Below the pieces are notes generated by a model that was not told the origin of the DNA, searched no databases, and saw only the letters and a program-made list of their open reading frames with translations. Positions 47,363 through 56,195 of a DNA stretch of 64,000 bases are shown here, in pieces; within the stretch, counting starts at the first letter, position 1; each line of letters starts with the position of its first letter. Origin of the DNA: an uncultured bacterium (lineage in GTDB: Bacteria; Zhuqueibacterota; QNDG01; DTFT01); the NCBI GenBank assembly GCA_963736115.1, contig CAVTNR010000011.1, positions 24,792 to 88,791 of the forward strand, in the 5' to 3' direction. Both the position numbers and the translations under genes were made by a program.

Positions 47363-48298
47363 TCAGGTCAGATAGCGGCCGATGATGCAGTCGAGTTTCT
47401 CCCGCGTGGCCGCGGGGATCAGATCCGGCCGCGTGACAAGGGCGTTCCGCAGTGCGTCCCCGCAGGAACAGGCTCTCCTGTCCGTGATGTGCGACAGTGC
47501 CCGGAACACGATCCGCCGCACGGCTTCCGCGTTCTTCTGCATGGAAGCGAGCACGCGTTCCGAGTTCACCAGGTTCCGGTCTTCGTCCCCGACCCAGCTG
47601 TCGTAATCCGTGACCATGGCGACCGGGGCATAGCAGATTTCAGCTTCCCTGCAGAGTTTTGCCTCGGCCACTCCGGTCATGCCGACCACATCGAAACCCC
47701 AGGACTTATACAGAAGCGATTCCGCCCGGGTCGAGAATGCCGGTCCTTCAATGTTCAGGTATATCCCGCCCGAGTGCAGACGCGAGCCGAATCCCTCCTC
47801 CTGTCCCGCCTCGAACAGAATGCGTTTTAGATCTCCGCAAACCGGCCGGTCGAAGGCGATGTGCGCGACGAGACCGTCCCCGAAAAAGGTGGATGGACGG
47901 TCTCGTATTGTGCGGTCGAAGTACTGATCGACCAGCACGAAATCGCCCGGCTTGATCTCCTTCCGAAAGGATCCGACCGCCGAAACCGAAAGAATACAAT
48001 CCGCGCCCAATTTCTTGAACGCCCAGATATTGGCCCGGTAGTTGATCTCGCCGGGAAGCAATCGATGGCCCGTCCCGTGCCGGGACAGAAACAGGACTTC
48101 CCGTCCGCCGATCTCGAATAGTTCGAACGTTTCAGAAGGATCTCCGAACGGCGTTTTCATGGCGATCCGGTCCTTCGGAGGACCTCCCCCCAGATTGTAC
48201 ATTCCGCTTCCGCCGATAATTCCGATTCGCTTCACCGTCCTTGTCCTTTCACGCGTCGGATCAATCATCCAATCCCGGGATCCGGCCGGATCGTTCAT
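47363..48298 (-). CDS. mtnP: S-methyl-5'-thioadenosine phosphorylase / purine nucleoside phosphorylase family
   Basis: VKRIGIIGGSGMY...FLSRHGTGH...NATPVG-less MTAP-type pattern, with ICYAPVAMVTDYD. The true start may be internal (ATG 48268 or GTG 48235). Confidence 0.75.
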   Translation of the reverse strand: MNDPAGSRDWMIDPTRERTRTVKRIGIIGGSGMYNLGGGPPKDRIAMKTPFGDPSETFELFEIGGREVLFLSRHGTGHRLLPGEINYRANIWAFKKLGADCILSVSAVGSFRKEIKPGDFVLVDQYFDRTIRDRPSTFFGDGLVAHIAFDRPVCGDLKRILFEAGQEEGFGSRLHSGGIYLNIEGPAFSTRAESLLYKSWGFDVVGMTGVAEAKLCREAEICYAPVAMVTDYDSWVGDEDRNLVNSERVLASMQKNAEAVRRIVFRALSHITDRRACSCGDALRNALVTRPDLIPAATREKLDCIIGRYLT

Positions 48299-48341
48299 GT
48301 GGTTCCGTCAAAACGGTTCACAGCCTGTTATTCTTCGGTTC

Positions 48342-49019
48342 TCACCGATCCGGTGTATTCCGGCTACCGCTCTCGATTTCACGGAGCAGTTCCTCCCGCT
48401 GCCGCCTCGCCTCCTCACGCATGCGGCGTTCCTCATCGATCCGCTTCCGGAGCTCCTCCGGACCGGCGGCTGAGCTGTCGGGCCGGGTCTCGATGTTTCT
48501 GCGCTTGAGCCGGATGGTTTCAATCGCGGCCTGCCGGTCTTTCTGCCGCCCGGTCTTCAGGAAAAACGCGGTTCCGAGTCCGGTGCCGAGGGCGGCTGTG
48601 GCGGCCAGCACCGCGCCTCCGTTTGCCGAGGAATGGCCGAGCAGCGATCCGGCGAAAAAGCTGAATCCCAGGCTCAGGGTGCCGCCGCCGATGCCGTGGA
48701 CCGCGGCCTTCCTGCCGGTCTGCACAGAGCGGATTTCCTCCTCGGAAATGCCCCTCCCGAATTCGTCCGAAACCGGCGGCTTGCGCCGGATCGAAGCGAT
48801 CCGGTCCCTCGGAACCGCCACGGAACCGCCGTCCGGACGGTCGAGAATAATCTGAACCGGATCGGCCTTGATCACAGTGCCTTCAATCGACCGGCCTGAA
48901 TCCAGGCGCACGGACAGGCTGTTCGTCTTCTCGACCTTCTCGTAAGGCACCACGGCCATCTGTGAGCAGCCGCAGATCCAAACGGCCGTGAAGGTCATCC
49001 ACAGGATGGATTTGGACAT
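48342..49019 (-). CDS. hypothetical lipoprotein with Gly-rich membrane segment and charged coiled-coil tail
   Basis: Signal plus lipobox-like WICGC. Gly-zipper-like GIGGGTLSLGFSFFAGSLLG...AALGTGLGTAFF, then an Arg/Glu-rich C-terminus. Confidence 0.5.
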   Translation of the reverse strand: MSKSILWMTFTAVWICGCSQMAVVPYEKVEKTNSLSVRLDSGRSIEGTVIKADPVQIILDRPDGGSVAVPRDRIASIRRKPPVSDEFGRGISEEEIRSVQTGRKAAVHGIGGGTLSLGFSFFAGSLLGHSSANGGAVLAATAALGTGLGTAFFLKTGRQKDRQAAIETIRLKRRNIETRPDSSAAGPEELRKRIDEERRMREEARRQREELLREIESGSRNTPDR

Positions 49020-49030
49020 CAGGACTCCCT

Positions 49031-49561
49031 TCAGGATTTCATCGACGAATTGTCCGTCCGGTCGGACGACCGCGGCCGGGCCGTCTCTTCCGATGTTTTG
49101 GGGTAACCCACGTCGTCTATTTCCAGCACCTTGATCAGTTCGATCTGCGATTCGAGCAGATGTCTCAGCCGCTTGGCGAAGGAATCCTTCTGGGCGCGGA
49201 GAATGGCGAGGTCATTCCGCATCCGGTCCAGCTTTTCACGGGCATCGTCCAGGGTTTTCTCGGCCTTCAGTTCAGACTCGCGCAGAATGATCTGCGCTTC
49301 GCGCTTCGCGTTCTCACGCGCCTGGCTGACGTTTTCCTGGGCGTTCATCAGGGTTTCCTGGAGGGTTTTCTCAACCTGCTGGTAATCGCGGAGCTGGACC
49401 TTGAGTTTCGTGGCCTCCTCATGAAGCCGGTTTTTCTCATTGATCAGGGTCTCATATTCATCGGATACCATCTCCAGGAAGGTTTCCACCTCAGCCTGGT
49501 CGTATCCGCGCATTTTTGCGGCGAACCGCTGCTTCTTGATTTCCAGAGGCGTGATCTTCAC
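49031..49561 (-). CDS. divIVA: DivIVA domain protein
   Basis: (M)KITPLEIKKQRFAAKMRGYDQAEVETFLEMV is the canonical DivIVA N-terminus, followed by coiled coil. GTG start preceded by GGAGAA. Confidence 0.85.
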   Translation of the reverse strand: MKITPLEIKKQRFAAKMRGYDQAEVETFLEMVSDEYETLINEKNRLHEEATKLKVQLRDYQQVEKTLQETLMNAQENVSQARENAKREAQIILRESELKAEKTLDDAREKLDRMRNDLAILRAQKDSFAKRLRHLLESQIELIKVLEIDDVGYPKTSEETARPRSSDRTDNSSMKS

Positions 49562-49604
49562 GGATTCTCCTATCCCCGGACCGGTTTCATTATTGAAAGC
49601 TCCT

Positions 49605-49706
49605 TTGAAGCTCCCCGCGACCCGTCCCGCTTTGCGGGATCAACCTACAGATGCCGATGGTTGAAGACTGCGCGGGACCGGGGAATGCGCGAGCGATCAG
49701 ATTCAT
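49605..49706 (-). repeat. dispersed GC-hairpin repeat element, copy L (short form)
   Basis: The minus strand reads ATGAATCTGATCGCTCGCGCATTCCCCGG joined to TCCCGCGCAGTCTTCAACCATCGGCATCTGTAGGTTGATCCCGCAAAGCGGGACGGGTCGCGGGGAGCTTCAA. The 57-nt core at 49621-49677 equals the reverse complement of 52000-52056 except for one base. Confidence 0.85.
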
Positions 49707-49756
49707 TCAGATTTTTAATTTAAGTCTTTCCCGTTGAAAAATCAATGAAAAACTGA

Positions 49757-51778
49757 TCAACCTTCTTGAAAATACAGGAGTTTGAGCGTCCGGACCGTGG
49801 TTTTGGAGCGAGCCGTCAACAGATACAGCCCCGACGGCAAAGGTCTGCCTGCACTGTCTTTTCCGTCCCACTGCATGCGGATGCGTCCCGCGGCCGCGCC
49901 GGTCGCGGCGAATGTCCGGATGCGGCGGCCCAGACAATCGACGATCTCCAGGTCAATGCGGCCCGGTTTCCGGACATCGCATTCAATCGTTGTCCGTCCG
50001 GAAAAGGGATTCGGATAAGCGCCTGTCAGGCTGAAATCACTGCCGCCTTCCGATTGTCCTCCGTTCATCCAGGTGGACAGCGCATGAAGCGAATCCGGAG
50101 CGCGGAGGGGGGAGCGTCCCTGGCGCGATTCATCGTCGGTTGTATAGAGGCAGAACCGGATCCGCTCGGGATGATCGGTTTCCGGCAGGACAACGGTAAA
50201 TCGACCCGTCGGTTCACCCTCGATCGGAACGGCCGGGAGGGTTCTCGGCTCCGGATCCCCCGCAAGCCACACCGAGGCTTCCGCCGAAAGCGGCGCATTT
50301 CCGGACCGCGTGAAAACCCGGAATCGTATGGAAACAGATCCGTCCGACGCATCTGTGACGACTGAAAAATCCCGGAACACCGGCCCGGTCCAGAAAACCG
50401 CCTCATATGCGTCAGCGATTCCCCATCCGACAAGCGTGTCCGGACCTTCGGCCTGACTGGCCGTCCGTCTCAGGGCCTCGATGACCTCGGCCGGAGTCAT
50501 GCCCGGATGGGCCTCGAGCATGAGGCCGCAGATGCCGGCCACCATGGGGCAGGCATAGGAAGTGCCGTTGGACCAGCCGTATCCCCCGTCGGCAGTCGCA
50601 TGGTACGCGCTGTTGCCGAAAGCCGATACGTCCGGCTTGATGCGGCCGTCGGCAGTGGGACCGCAGGAACTGAAATAGGCGTGTGTCCTCATGCGGTTGA
50701 CGGCACCCACGGCGATGACGCTGTCCCCGTCCGCAGGCGAGCAGATATAATGCCAGGGCCGGTCGAATTCATTCCCGGCGGAATTGACCACTACGACACC
50801 CCGCGAAACAGCCATGTCGGCCGCGACCGTGGTAACGCAGGTGGCGCCGTTCATGTCCGCATAGGTGTACCCGGGTCCGGACTCCTCGTCCGGAAAGAGA
50901 TCGTATCCGAGCGAGCTGGATACGATGTCGACGCCCGCGGTGTCGACCAGCCATTCGATGCCGGCCACCCATTTATCCTCTTCCAGTTTCTTCTCGAAGG
51001 GGATCCATTCCGTCTTGGCCAGCGCGAAAGCGGCTCCGTAAGCCGGTCCGATCAGTTCTCCGGGGTCGTATCCGCCGATGACGGACAAGGTCCCGGTGCC
51101 GTGGCCGCCCTGCCGGGGATCGTCTCCCGTTTCCGGGGACGTGATATCATTGCCGTCGTAGAAATCGTGCTCGGCTGTGACTTGAAGCCCCTTGAAGGCC
51201 GGATGTCCCCGGTACTGAAAACCGTCATCGAGCATGCCGATGATCACGCCTTTCCCGGACAGGCCGATGGCGTGCACCTCCGGCACACGGACCATTTCAG
51301 CCTGCTCGAATCCCGGACCGTAATCCATGCCCGAGGATGAGGACCGGAACAATCCCGTCTCCGGCCGTGAAGTCTCCGGACCGGGTTCCCGGGCGGCGCC
51401 GGCCACGGGCTGGTCGCGGAGTACGAAGGGCAGATGCCGGATCCGTTCCATCTGGACGGCATCTGCCTGTATGCTCACCGCATTCAGCCAGCGGGAATGC
51501 GTCCGGATCACCGCGCCGGTCGCGGTTACGGCCTCCAGGTATTGCGGGACCAGGGGAAGGTCCGAAGCGTCAAAAAGGGCGGATTCGGGCCGGACGGCCC
51601 TTCTCCGAGCCAGACTGCGCGCCGGAATCCGGATGGCGTCCCTGTCCCCTGCGGACAGGAACACTCCCTTGTCCCTGAAAAAAACCCACCGGTGAAAATT
51701 TCCATCGGCGCCGCTCCAGGACAAGGCCGGCCATGCGATTGCGGCGATCAGACACATGACCCTCGCGGACCTGCGCAT
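49757..51778 (-). CDS. S8 (subtilisin-like) serine peptidase with T9SS type-A C-terminal sorting domain
   Basis: Signal peptide; D/H/S triad contexts (IGMLDDG, HGTGT, GTSYACP); C-terminal AYPNPFSGRTTIECDV...DLEIVDCLGRRIRTF...WDGKDSAGRPLPSGLYLL...LKLL. Confidence 0.85.
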   Translation of the reverse strand: MRRSARVMCLIAAIAWPALSWSGADGNFHRWVFFRDKGVFLSAGDRDAIRIPARSLARRRAVRPESALFDASDLPLVPQYLEAVTATGAVIRTHSRWLNAVSIQADAVQMERIRHLPFVLRDQPVAGAAREPGPETSRPETGLFRSSSSGMDYGPGFEQAEMVRVPEVHAIGLSGKGVIIGMLDDGFQYRGHPAFKGLQVTAEHDFYDGNDITSPETGDDPRQGGHGTGTLSVIGGYDPGELIGPAYGAAFALAKTEWIPFEKKLEEDKWVAGIEWLVDTAGVDIVSSSLGYDLFPDEESGPGYTYADMNGATCVTTVAADMAVSRGVVVVNSAGNEFDRPWHYICSPADGDSVIAVGAVNRMRTHAYFSSCGPTADGRIKPDVSAFGNSAYHATADGGYGWSNGTSYACPMVAGICGLMLEAHPGMTPAEVIEALRRTASQAEGPDTLVGWGIADAYEAVFWTGPVFRDFSVVTDASDGSVSIRFRVFTRSGNAPLSAEASVWLAGDPEPRTLPAVPIEGEPTGRFTVVLPETDHPERIRFCLYTTDDESRQGRSPLRAPDSLHALSTWMNGGQSEGGSDFSLTGAYPNPFSGRTTIECDVRKPGRIDLEIVDCLGRRIRTFAATGAAAGRIRMQWDGKDSAGRPLPSGLYLLTARSKTTVRTLKLLYFQEG

Positions 51779-51813
51779 GTTATCGACTCCCTGGTTGAAA
51801 AAAATATCCGTTC

Positions 51814-52072
51814 ATGAATCTGATCGCTCGCGTATTCCCCGACGCTTGCGGCGGGGTAAACGAGCGAATATTATATATTTTCTTCACTACAGACAGAAGA
51901 TTCCCCGCGGCTTGCCGCGGGGAGCTTCAATCTGTCGGCGAGCGCATTCCCCGGTGCCGCAATGCGGGGCCTTCAGCCGGAAGGCATAGAATTAATCTGT
52001 CCCGCGCAGTCTTCAACCATCGGCATCTGCAGGTTGATCCCGCAAAGCGGGACGGGCGGCGGGGTCCTTCAA
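51814..52072 (+). repeat. dispersed GC-hairpin repeat element, copy R (long form, at least four hairpin modules)
   Basis: ATGAATCTGATCGCTCGCGTATTCCCCGACGCTTGCGGCGGGGTAAACGAGCGAATA...GATTCCCCGCGGCTTGCCGCGGGGAGCTTCAATC...CATTCCCCGGTGCCGCAATGCGGGG...core...GGGGTCCTTCAA. It shares its first roughly 118 nt with copy G, and both its termini and the core with copy L. Confidence 0.85.
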
Positions 52073-52205
52073 TTCCCTTCAGCTGTCCCCCCGCTTCAGG
52101 CCTGGCATTGCGCAGTCACGCATCATGGAAGCCCGGCCTCATACGGCGGGACGGGGTCCTTTTTTATTTTACGATAAATCATCCAATAAATCAATCGCTT
52201 TTATA

Positions 52206-52234
52206 TTGACAAGCGCGACTGGTTCCGTTATATT
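52206..52234 (+). promoter_or_regulatory. sigma70-like promoter for the GT2 gene (TTGACA-N17-TATATT)
   Basis: Near-consensus hexamers with 17-nt spacing. GGGAG Shine-Dalgarno at 52251-52255 and ATG at 52260. Confidence 0.5.
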
Positions 52235-52259
52235 GAAGCCGTCCTTTAACGGGAGCCTC

Positions 52260-53387
52260 ATGAACGGACTGCCGGTTTTCGGATTCATCGCGCTTTCGCT
52301 TCTGCTTCTCTATTATTCGGCCCTGCTTATTCATTTCACGCGGGGATTCATCCGGCTTCGACGGCCGGATGCTCCGAACGCCCGGCCCGCGGTGAGCGTG
52401 GTCGTCCCGGCCCGCAACGAGAGCCGCTGTCTTCCCCGGCTCCTCCGATGCCTCGAACAGCAGGACTACCCCGCCCGTCTGACCCAGATCATTCTCGTGG
52501 ACGACCGCTCGTCAGACGGCACTCATACCCTCATGGCCCGTTTCGCGGCAGGCCGCCGCAACGTCCGCGTTCTGCGCATCCGCCGGGAAGACGCCTCAGT
52601 GTCCCCCAAGAAGGCCGCCCTCACCCGGGGAATCGCGTCTGCTTCCGGCCGCATCATCCTGACGACCGACGCCGACACGCTCCCCGGTCCCTCCTGGATC
52701 AGTGAAATCGTGCGCTGGTACGACAGCGGCACGGCCGCGGTGATCGGTTATGCGCCTTACCGGATCGATCCGCCTTTTGACGGATTCTTACACCGCCTCC
52801 TGGCGCTGGAATACCTGTCCATGGGCGCGGTCGCCGCGGCCACGACAGGCATGGGCTCACCCTCCACCTGCAACGGCGCCAATTTCTCCTTTCGCCGGGA
52901 CGTGTTCACGAAACTGAACGGCTACGGGAAAACGGGACGGTGGCTTTCCGGAGACGATGACCTTTTCATGCAGCGCATCGTTCGTGAAACCCCTCTGTCC
53001 ATCCGTTTCGCCGCGGATCCCGCGGCCGCGGTGCCCACGGATCCGCCTGCCGGTTTCCGCGATTTCGTCCGCCAGCGTATTCGCTTCAGTTCCAAACATC
53101 TGGCGTATCCGGCCGGCATGATCGCCGTCCTCTCCGGCGTATACCTTTTTTACGTTTTTCTGCTCGCGGCGACCCTGGCCTCGGCGTTTCATTCCGGCTG
53201 GGTTTTCTGGATCCTGCCGGTCTGGTTCGTGAAGGTCGTTCTGGAAATCCGGTTCCTACGGGCGGGAGCGCGAAAGCTCGATGACCGGGGGCTGCTCCGG
53301 TTTTATCCGCTCATGCTCCCAATGCACCTCCTTTACGTCGTCCTATTCCCTTTGCTCGGTCAGATCGTCCGGCCGAAATGGAAATGA
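52260..53387 (+). CDS. membrane glycosyltransferase family 2 (processive NodC/IcaA-like architecture)
   Basis: N-terminal TM, VSVVVPARNES...ILVDDRSSDGT...TDADT and QRIRFS (QxxRW-like) motifs, and C-terminal TM helices. Confidence 0.8.
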   Translation: MNGLPVFGFIALSLLLLYYSALLIHFTRGFIRLRRPDAPNARPAVSVVVPARNESRCLPRLLRCLEQQDYPARLTQIILVDDRSSDGTHTLMARFAAGRRNVRVLRIRREDASVSPKKAALTRGIASASGRIILTTDADTLPGPSWISEIVRWYDSGTAAVIGYAPYRIDPPFDGFLHRLLALEYLSMGAVAAATTGMGSPSTCNGANFSFRRDVFTKLNGYGKTGRWLSGDDDLFMQRIVRETPLSIRFAADPAAAVPTDPPAGFRDFVRQRIRFSSKHLAYPAGMIAVLSGVYLFYVFLLAATLASAFHSGWVFWILPVWFVKVVLEIRFLRAGARKLDDRGLLRFYPLMLPMHLLYVVLFPLLGQIVRPKWK

Positions 53388-53408
53388 GGCGCGGTCCCAT
53401 GACCGCAT

Positions 53409-53456
53409 AAAAAAAATGAGCCGTGAAAACGGGATCCCCGTCTTCCGGCTCATTTG
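53409..53456 (-). terminator. Rho-independent terminator after tkt (convergent with the GT2 gene)
   Basis: Two-tier hairpin: outer stem ATGAGCCG/CGGCTCAT at 53416-53453, inner stem ACGGG/CCCGT. An 8-nt T-run follows on the minus strand (plus-strand A-run 53409-53416). Confidence 0.55.
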
Positions 53457-53506
53457 TCTGTGAGCGGAGCTCAGGCGCGTCCGGGTTTGAGTACCCGGCG
53501 GAACCG

Positions 53507-55532
53507 CTACCGTCCGGTCTTTTGTGCGAGGCCCTTCAGCCAGGCCGTCACTTTATCCGCCATCGCGTTTCCGTTGAATCCGAATTTGTCGGCCAGAACC
53601 TCGGCCGGCGCGGAAGCGCCGAACCGGTTCATCCCGACGAAGAGCAGGGGCGACTCGGTGATGTCGCGCCATCCCATTCCGATTCCCGCCTCGACAACGG
53701 CTACCGGCGTTCCATCCTCCGGCAGAACCGAATCGCGGTACGGCTGGAGCTGTTTCTGGAAGACGGAACCGCAGGGCATGGAGACGACCCTGCCGTCCAC
53801 GCCCGACTCCGCCAAACGGGTTCTGCAATCGAGCGCGACGGACACTTCGGATCCGGTTCCGATCAGGATCACATCCGGCCGTTTCCCTTTTTCTTTCACC
53901 AGGACATATCCGCCCTTCTGGACATCCGAAATCTCAGCGGTCCGGATTTCGGTCAGCTCGGGGACATTCTGCCGTGTGAGGCAGATGGCCGTGGGGCCGT
54001 CCTGTTTGCGAATGGCGTACGCGTAGGCCATGGCTGTTTCGAGTCCGTCCGCAGGCCGGAAAACCGTGAGCCCGGGAATGGAACGGAGGGCGGCGACATG
54101 TTCGATCGGCTGATGCGTGGGCCCGTCCTCTCCGACGAAAATACTGTCATGCGTGAAGAGGTAAACCACCTGAATGCCCATGATGGAGGCCAGGCGGATC
54201 GAAGGCCGCATGTAGTCGGAGAACACGAGGAATGTGGATCCATACGGAATGAAGCCGCCGTACAGAGCCATGCCGTTGAGAATGCCGCCCATGGCATGCT
54301 CCCGGATGCCGAAATGAAGGTTTCGACCCTCGAAGCGGCCCGCGGAGACGGAAGCGGAGCCGTCGATTCCGGTTTTGGTCGAGGGCGTCAGGTCCGCGGA
54401 TCCCCCGACCCAGCCGGGCATGGCTTCTGCGGCCTTCTGGATCACCTTGTATCCGTGAATCCGGGTCGCGGCGGTCTTACCGGTCAGCCCGGAAATCAGG
54501 GTCTTCTCAAGGTCTTTCGGAATCCGGTGGTCCGCCATGTCCTTCCACAGACCGGCCAGGTCCGGGAAACGGGTCTGCCACTCCCGGAAGCGGGTCTGCC
54601 AGGCGTCATATTCCGGCTTGAGCGAACGGACGCGGGCTTCGAACAGGTCCCGCACGGGCTGGGGAACGAGAGAAGGGAGACTCCGATTCCCATCCGATAT
54701 TCCGGCGCGTCGCGGCGACCTCCTCCGGCCCGAGCGGCGCTCCGTGCACCTCGGATGTGTCCTGCTTGCCGGGACTGCCGAATCCGATACGGGTGCGCGC
54801 GAGAATGAGCGAGGGTCTGCCGGTTTCGGCGATCCCCGCCGCGATGGCAGATGCGATCGCCTCGCGGTCATGACCGTCCGTCTTCACCGTATGCCAGCCG
54901 AGGGCCTCGAAACGGGCGGCCACATTCTCGGAGAAGGCCAGGTCCGTCTTGCCCTCGATGGTGATGTGATTGTCGTCGTAGAGATAGACAAGATTCCCCA
55001 GACAGAGGTGGCCTGCCACCGAGGCCGCTTCAGAGGAAATGCCTTCCATCAAGTCGCCGTCGCTGACGACGGCGAAGACGCGGTGATTGACAGGCTCAAA
55101 TCCTTCACGGTTGAAACGAGCGGCGGCCATGCGGGAGGCAAGCGCCATCCCCACGCCGTTTGCAAACCCCTGTCCCAGGGGACCGGTGGAGGTTTCCACG
55201 CCGGGCAGGCAACCGTACTCGGGATGACCCGGCGTCCGGCTCTCCCACTGCCTGAACTGCCTGAGATCATCGAGGGTCACTTCGTAACCCGAGAGATGGA
55301 GCATGGCGTATAGAAGCATGGACCCGTGGCCGGCGGAGAGGATGAACCGGTCCCGGTCGGGCCAGTTCGGATCCTTCGGATTGAACCGGAGAAACCGGTT
55401 CCACAGCACGAAAACGCAGTCCGCCATTCCCATGGGCATCCCGGGATGGCCTGAATTGGCTTTTTGCACGCCGTCGACGGCGAGCATCCGGATCGTATTA
55501 ACGACAAGTTGATCGATATTGTCGGGTTTCAC
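53507..55532 (-). pseudogene. tkt: transketolase, interrupted by one frameshift near 54668-54682
   Basis: The N-terminal frame (GTG 55532) reads ...[14 protein letters not shown]...[16 protein letters not shown]...[25 protein letters not shown]. The sequence then continues in another frame as [14 protein letters not shown]...GGSADLTPS...EDGPTHQPIEH... to the stop at 53507. The junction lies in TCTCCCTTCTCTCG. Confidence 0.75.
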
Positions 55533-55555
55533 TTCAGTTCCTCCGATGATGGTTT

Positions 55556-56173
55556 TCAGTGACGCGTCCGATCCGGCGGCTGCGGCGATTCATCGACGCC
55601 CGTGAGTTCGGCGATCTTGACGCGGATCTTCTCCGGGGGCAGGACGAAATCGACGCACCCCGTGGCCGCGGCTTCCTTGGGCATTCCGAAAATACTGGAA
55701 GTCCGCTCGTCCTGCGCGAGCGTGACGCCTCCGATCCGCTTCACATGGACGATTCCGTCCGCCCCGTCCCGGCCCATTCCCGTCATCACCACTCCCACGA
55801 ACGAGGCGCCGAATTCCATATAGAGCGAGTTCATCGTCACATCCACGGAAGGGCAGACGTAATTGACCTTCTGGCCGTGCGCCAGCCGGATCGTCCGGTT
55901 GTGCCGGACGACCAGGTGCACTTCGCTCGGAGCGATGAACACAGTGCCGTCTTCCAGCAGGTCTCCGTTCTGCGCGATCACCACCCGCATCCGGGTTCCG
56001 GAGGCCAGGCTGTCACGCAGGGAATCGTTGATGAATTTCGGCATGTGCTGGACCACGATCACGCTGGCCTTGAGCCGCGGCATTCCCTGGAAAAGCGTTT
56101 TAAGCGCGCGCGGTCCGCCGGCTGATGCGCCGATCACGACAATGGTTCTGGGCTGGATGACCCATTCGGACAT
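55556..56173 (-). CDS. cheB: protein-glutamate methylesterase, CheB catalytic domain only
   Basis: [14 protein letters not shown] (Ser), VVQHMP (His), [10 protein letters not shown] (Asp). It has its own GAAGGA Shine-Dalgarno and ATG, and no receiver domain. Confidence 0.8.
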   Translation of the reverse strand: MSEWVIQPRTIVVIGASAGGPRALKTLFQGMPRLKASVIVVQHMPKFINDSLRDSLASGTRMRVVIAQNGDLLEDGTVFIAPSEVHLVVRHNRTIRLAHGQKVNYVCPSVDVTMNSLYMEFGASFVGVVMTGMGRDGADGIVHVKRIGGVTLAQDERTSSIFGMPKEAAATGCVDFVLPPEKIRVKIAELTGVDESPQPPDRTRH

Positions 56174-56195
56174 GGACGATCCTTCGGGGAAACGG

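Noticed and set aside
51814-52072. Possible CRISPR array. The hairpin modules (for example CATTCCCCGCGGCTTACCGCGGGGTAAACGAG) resemble type I-E repeats of the GTTCCCCGCGCCAGCGGGGATAAACCG kind, and they recur every 47-65 bp.
   Set aside because: The repeats are not identical to each other, with different loops and 3' tails, and their spacing is irregular. The inter-hairpin 'spacers' are themselves conserved between the dispersed copies G and R. No cas genes are present in the window. The elements behave as a dispersed modular repeat, not an array.
51814-52209. 131-aa ORF (MNLIARVFPDACGGVNERILYIFF...), plus the overlapping 77-aa and 71-aa ORFs.
   Set aside because: They lie entirely within the repeat element and the promoter region. 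They have a low-complexity Arg/Gly/Pro/Cys composition dictated by the GC hairpins. The same 'N-terminus' is generated wherever the repeat occurs.
54567-54608. 21-bp in-frame tandem duplication in tkt (AA[A/G]CGGGTCTGCCA twice, giving WQTRFRE-WQTRF).
   Set aside because: It is real in the sequence, but it is a minor in-frame duplication in a poorly conserved linker. I see no evidence of functional significance.
53507-55532. Naturally split two-subunit transketolase, as in some archaea and Firmicutes.
   Set aside because: The C-terminal piece has no start codon or RBS near the junction. The sequence includes the linker region characteristic of single-chain Tkt. The two pieces also overlap in different frames, which points to a frameshift.
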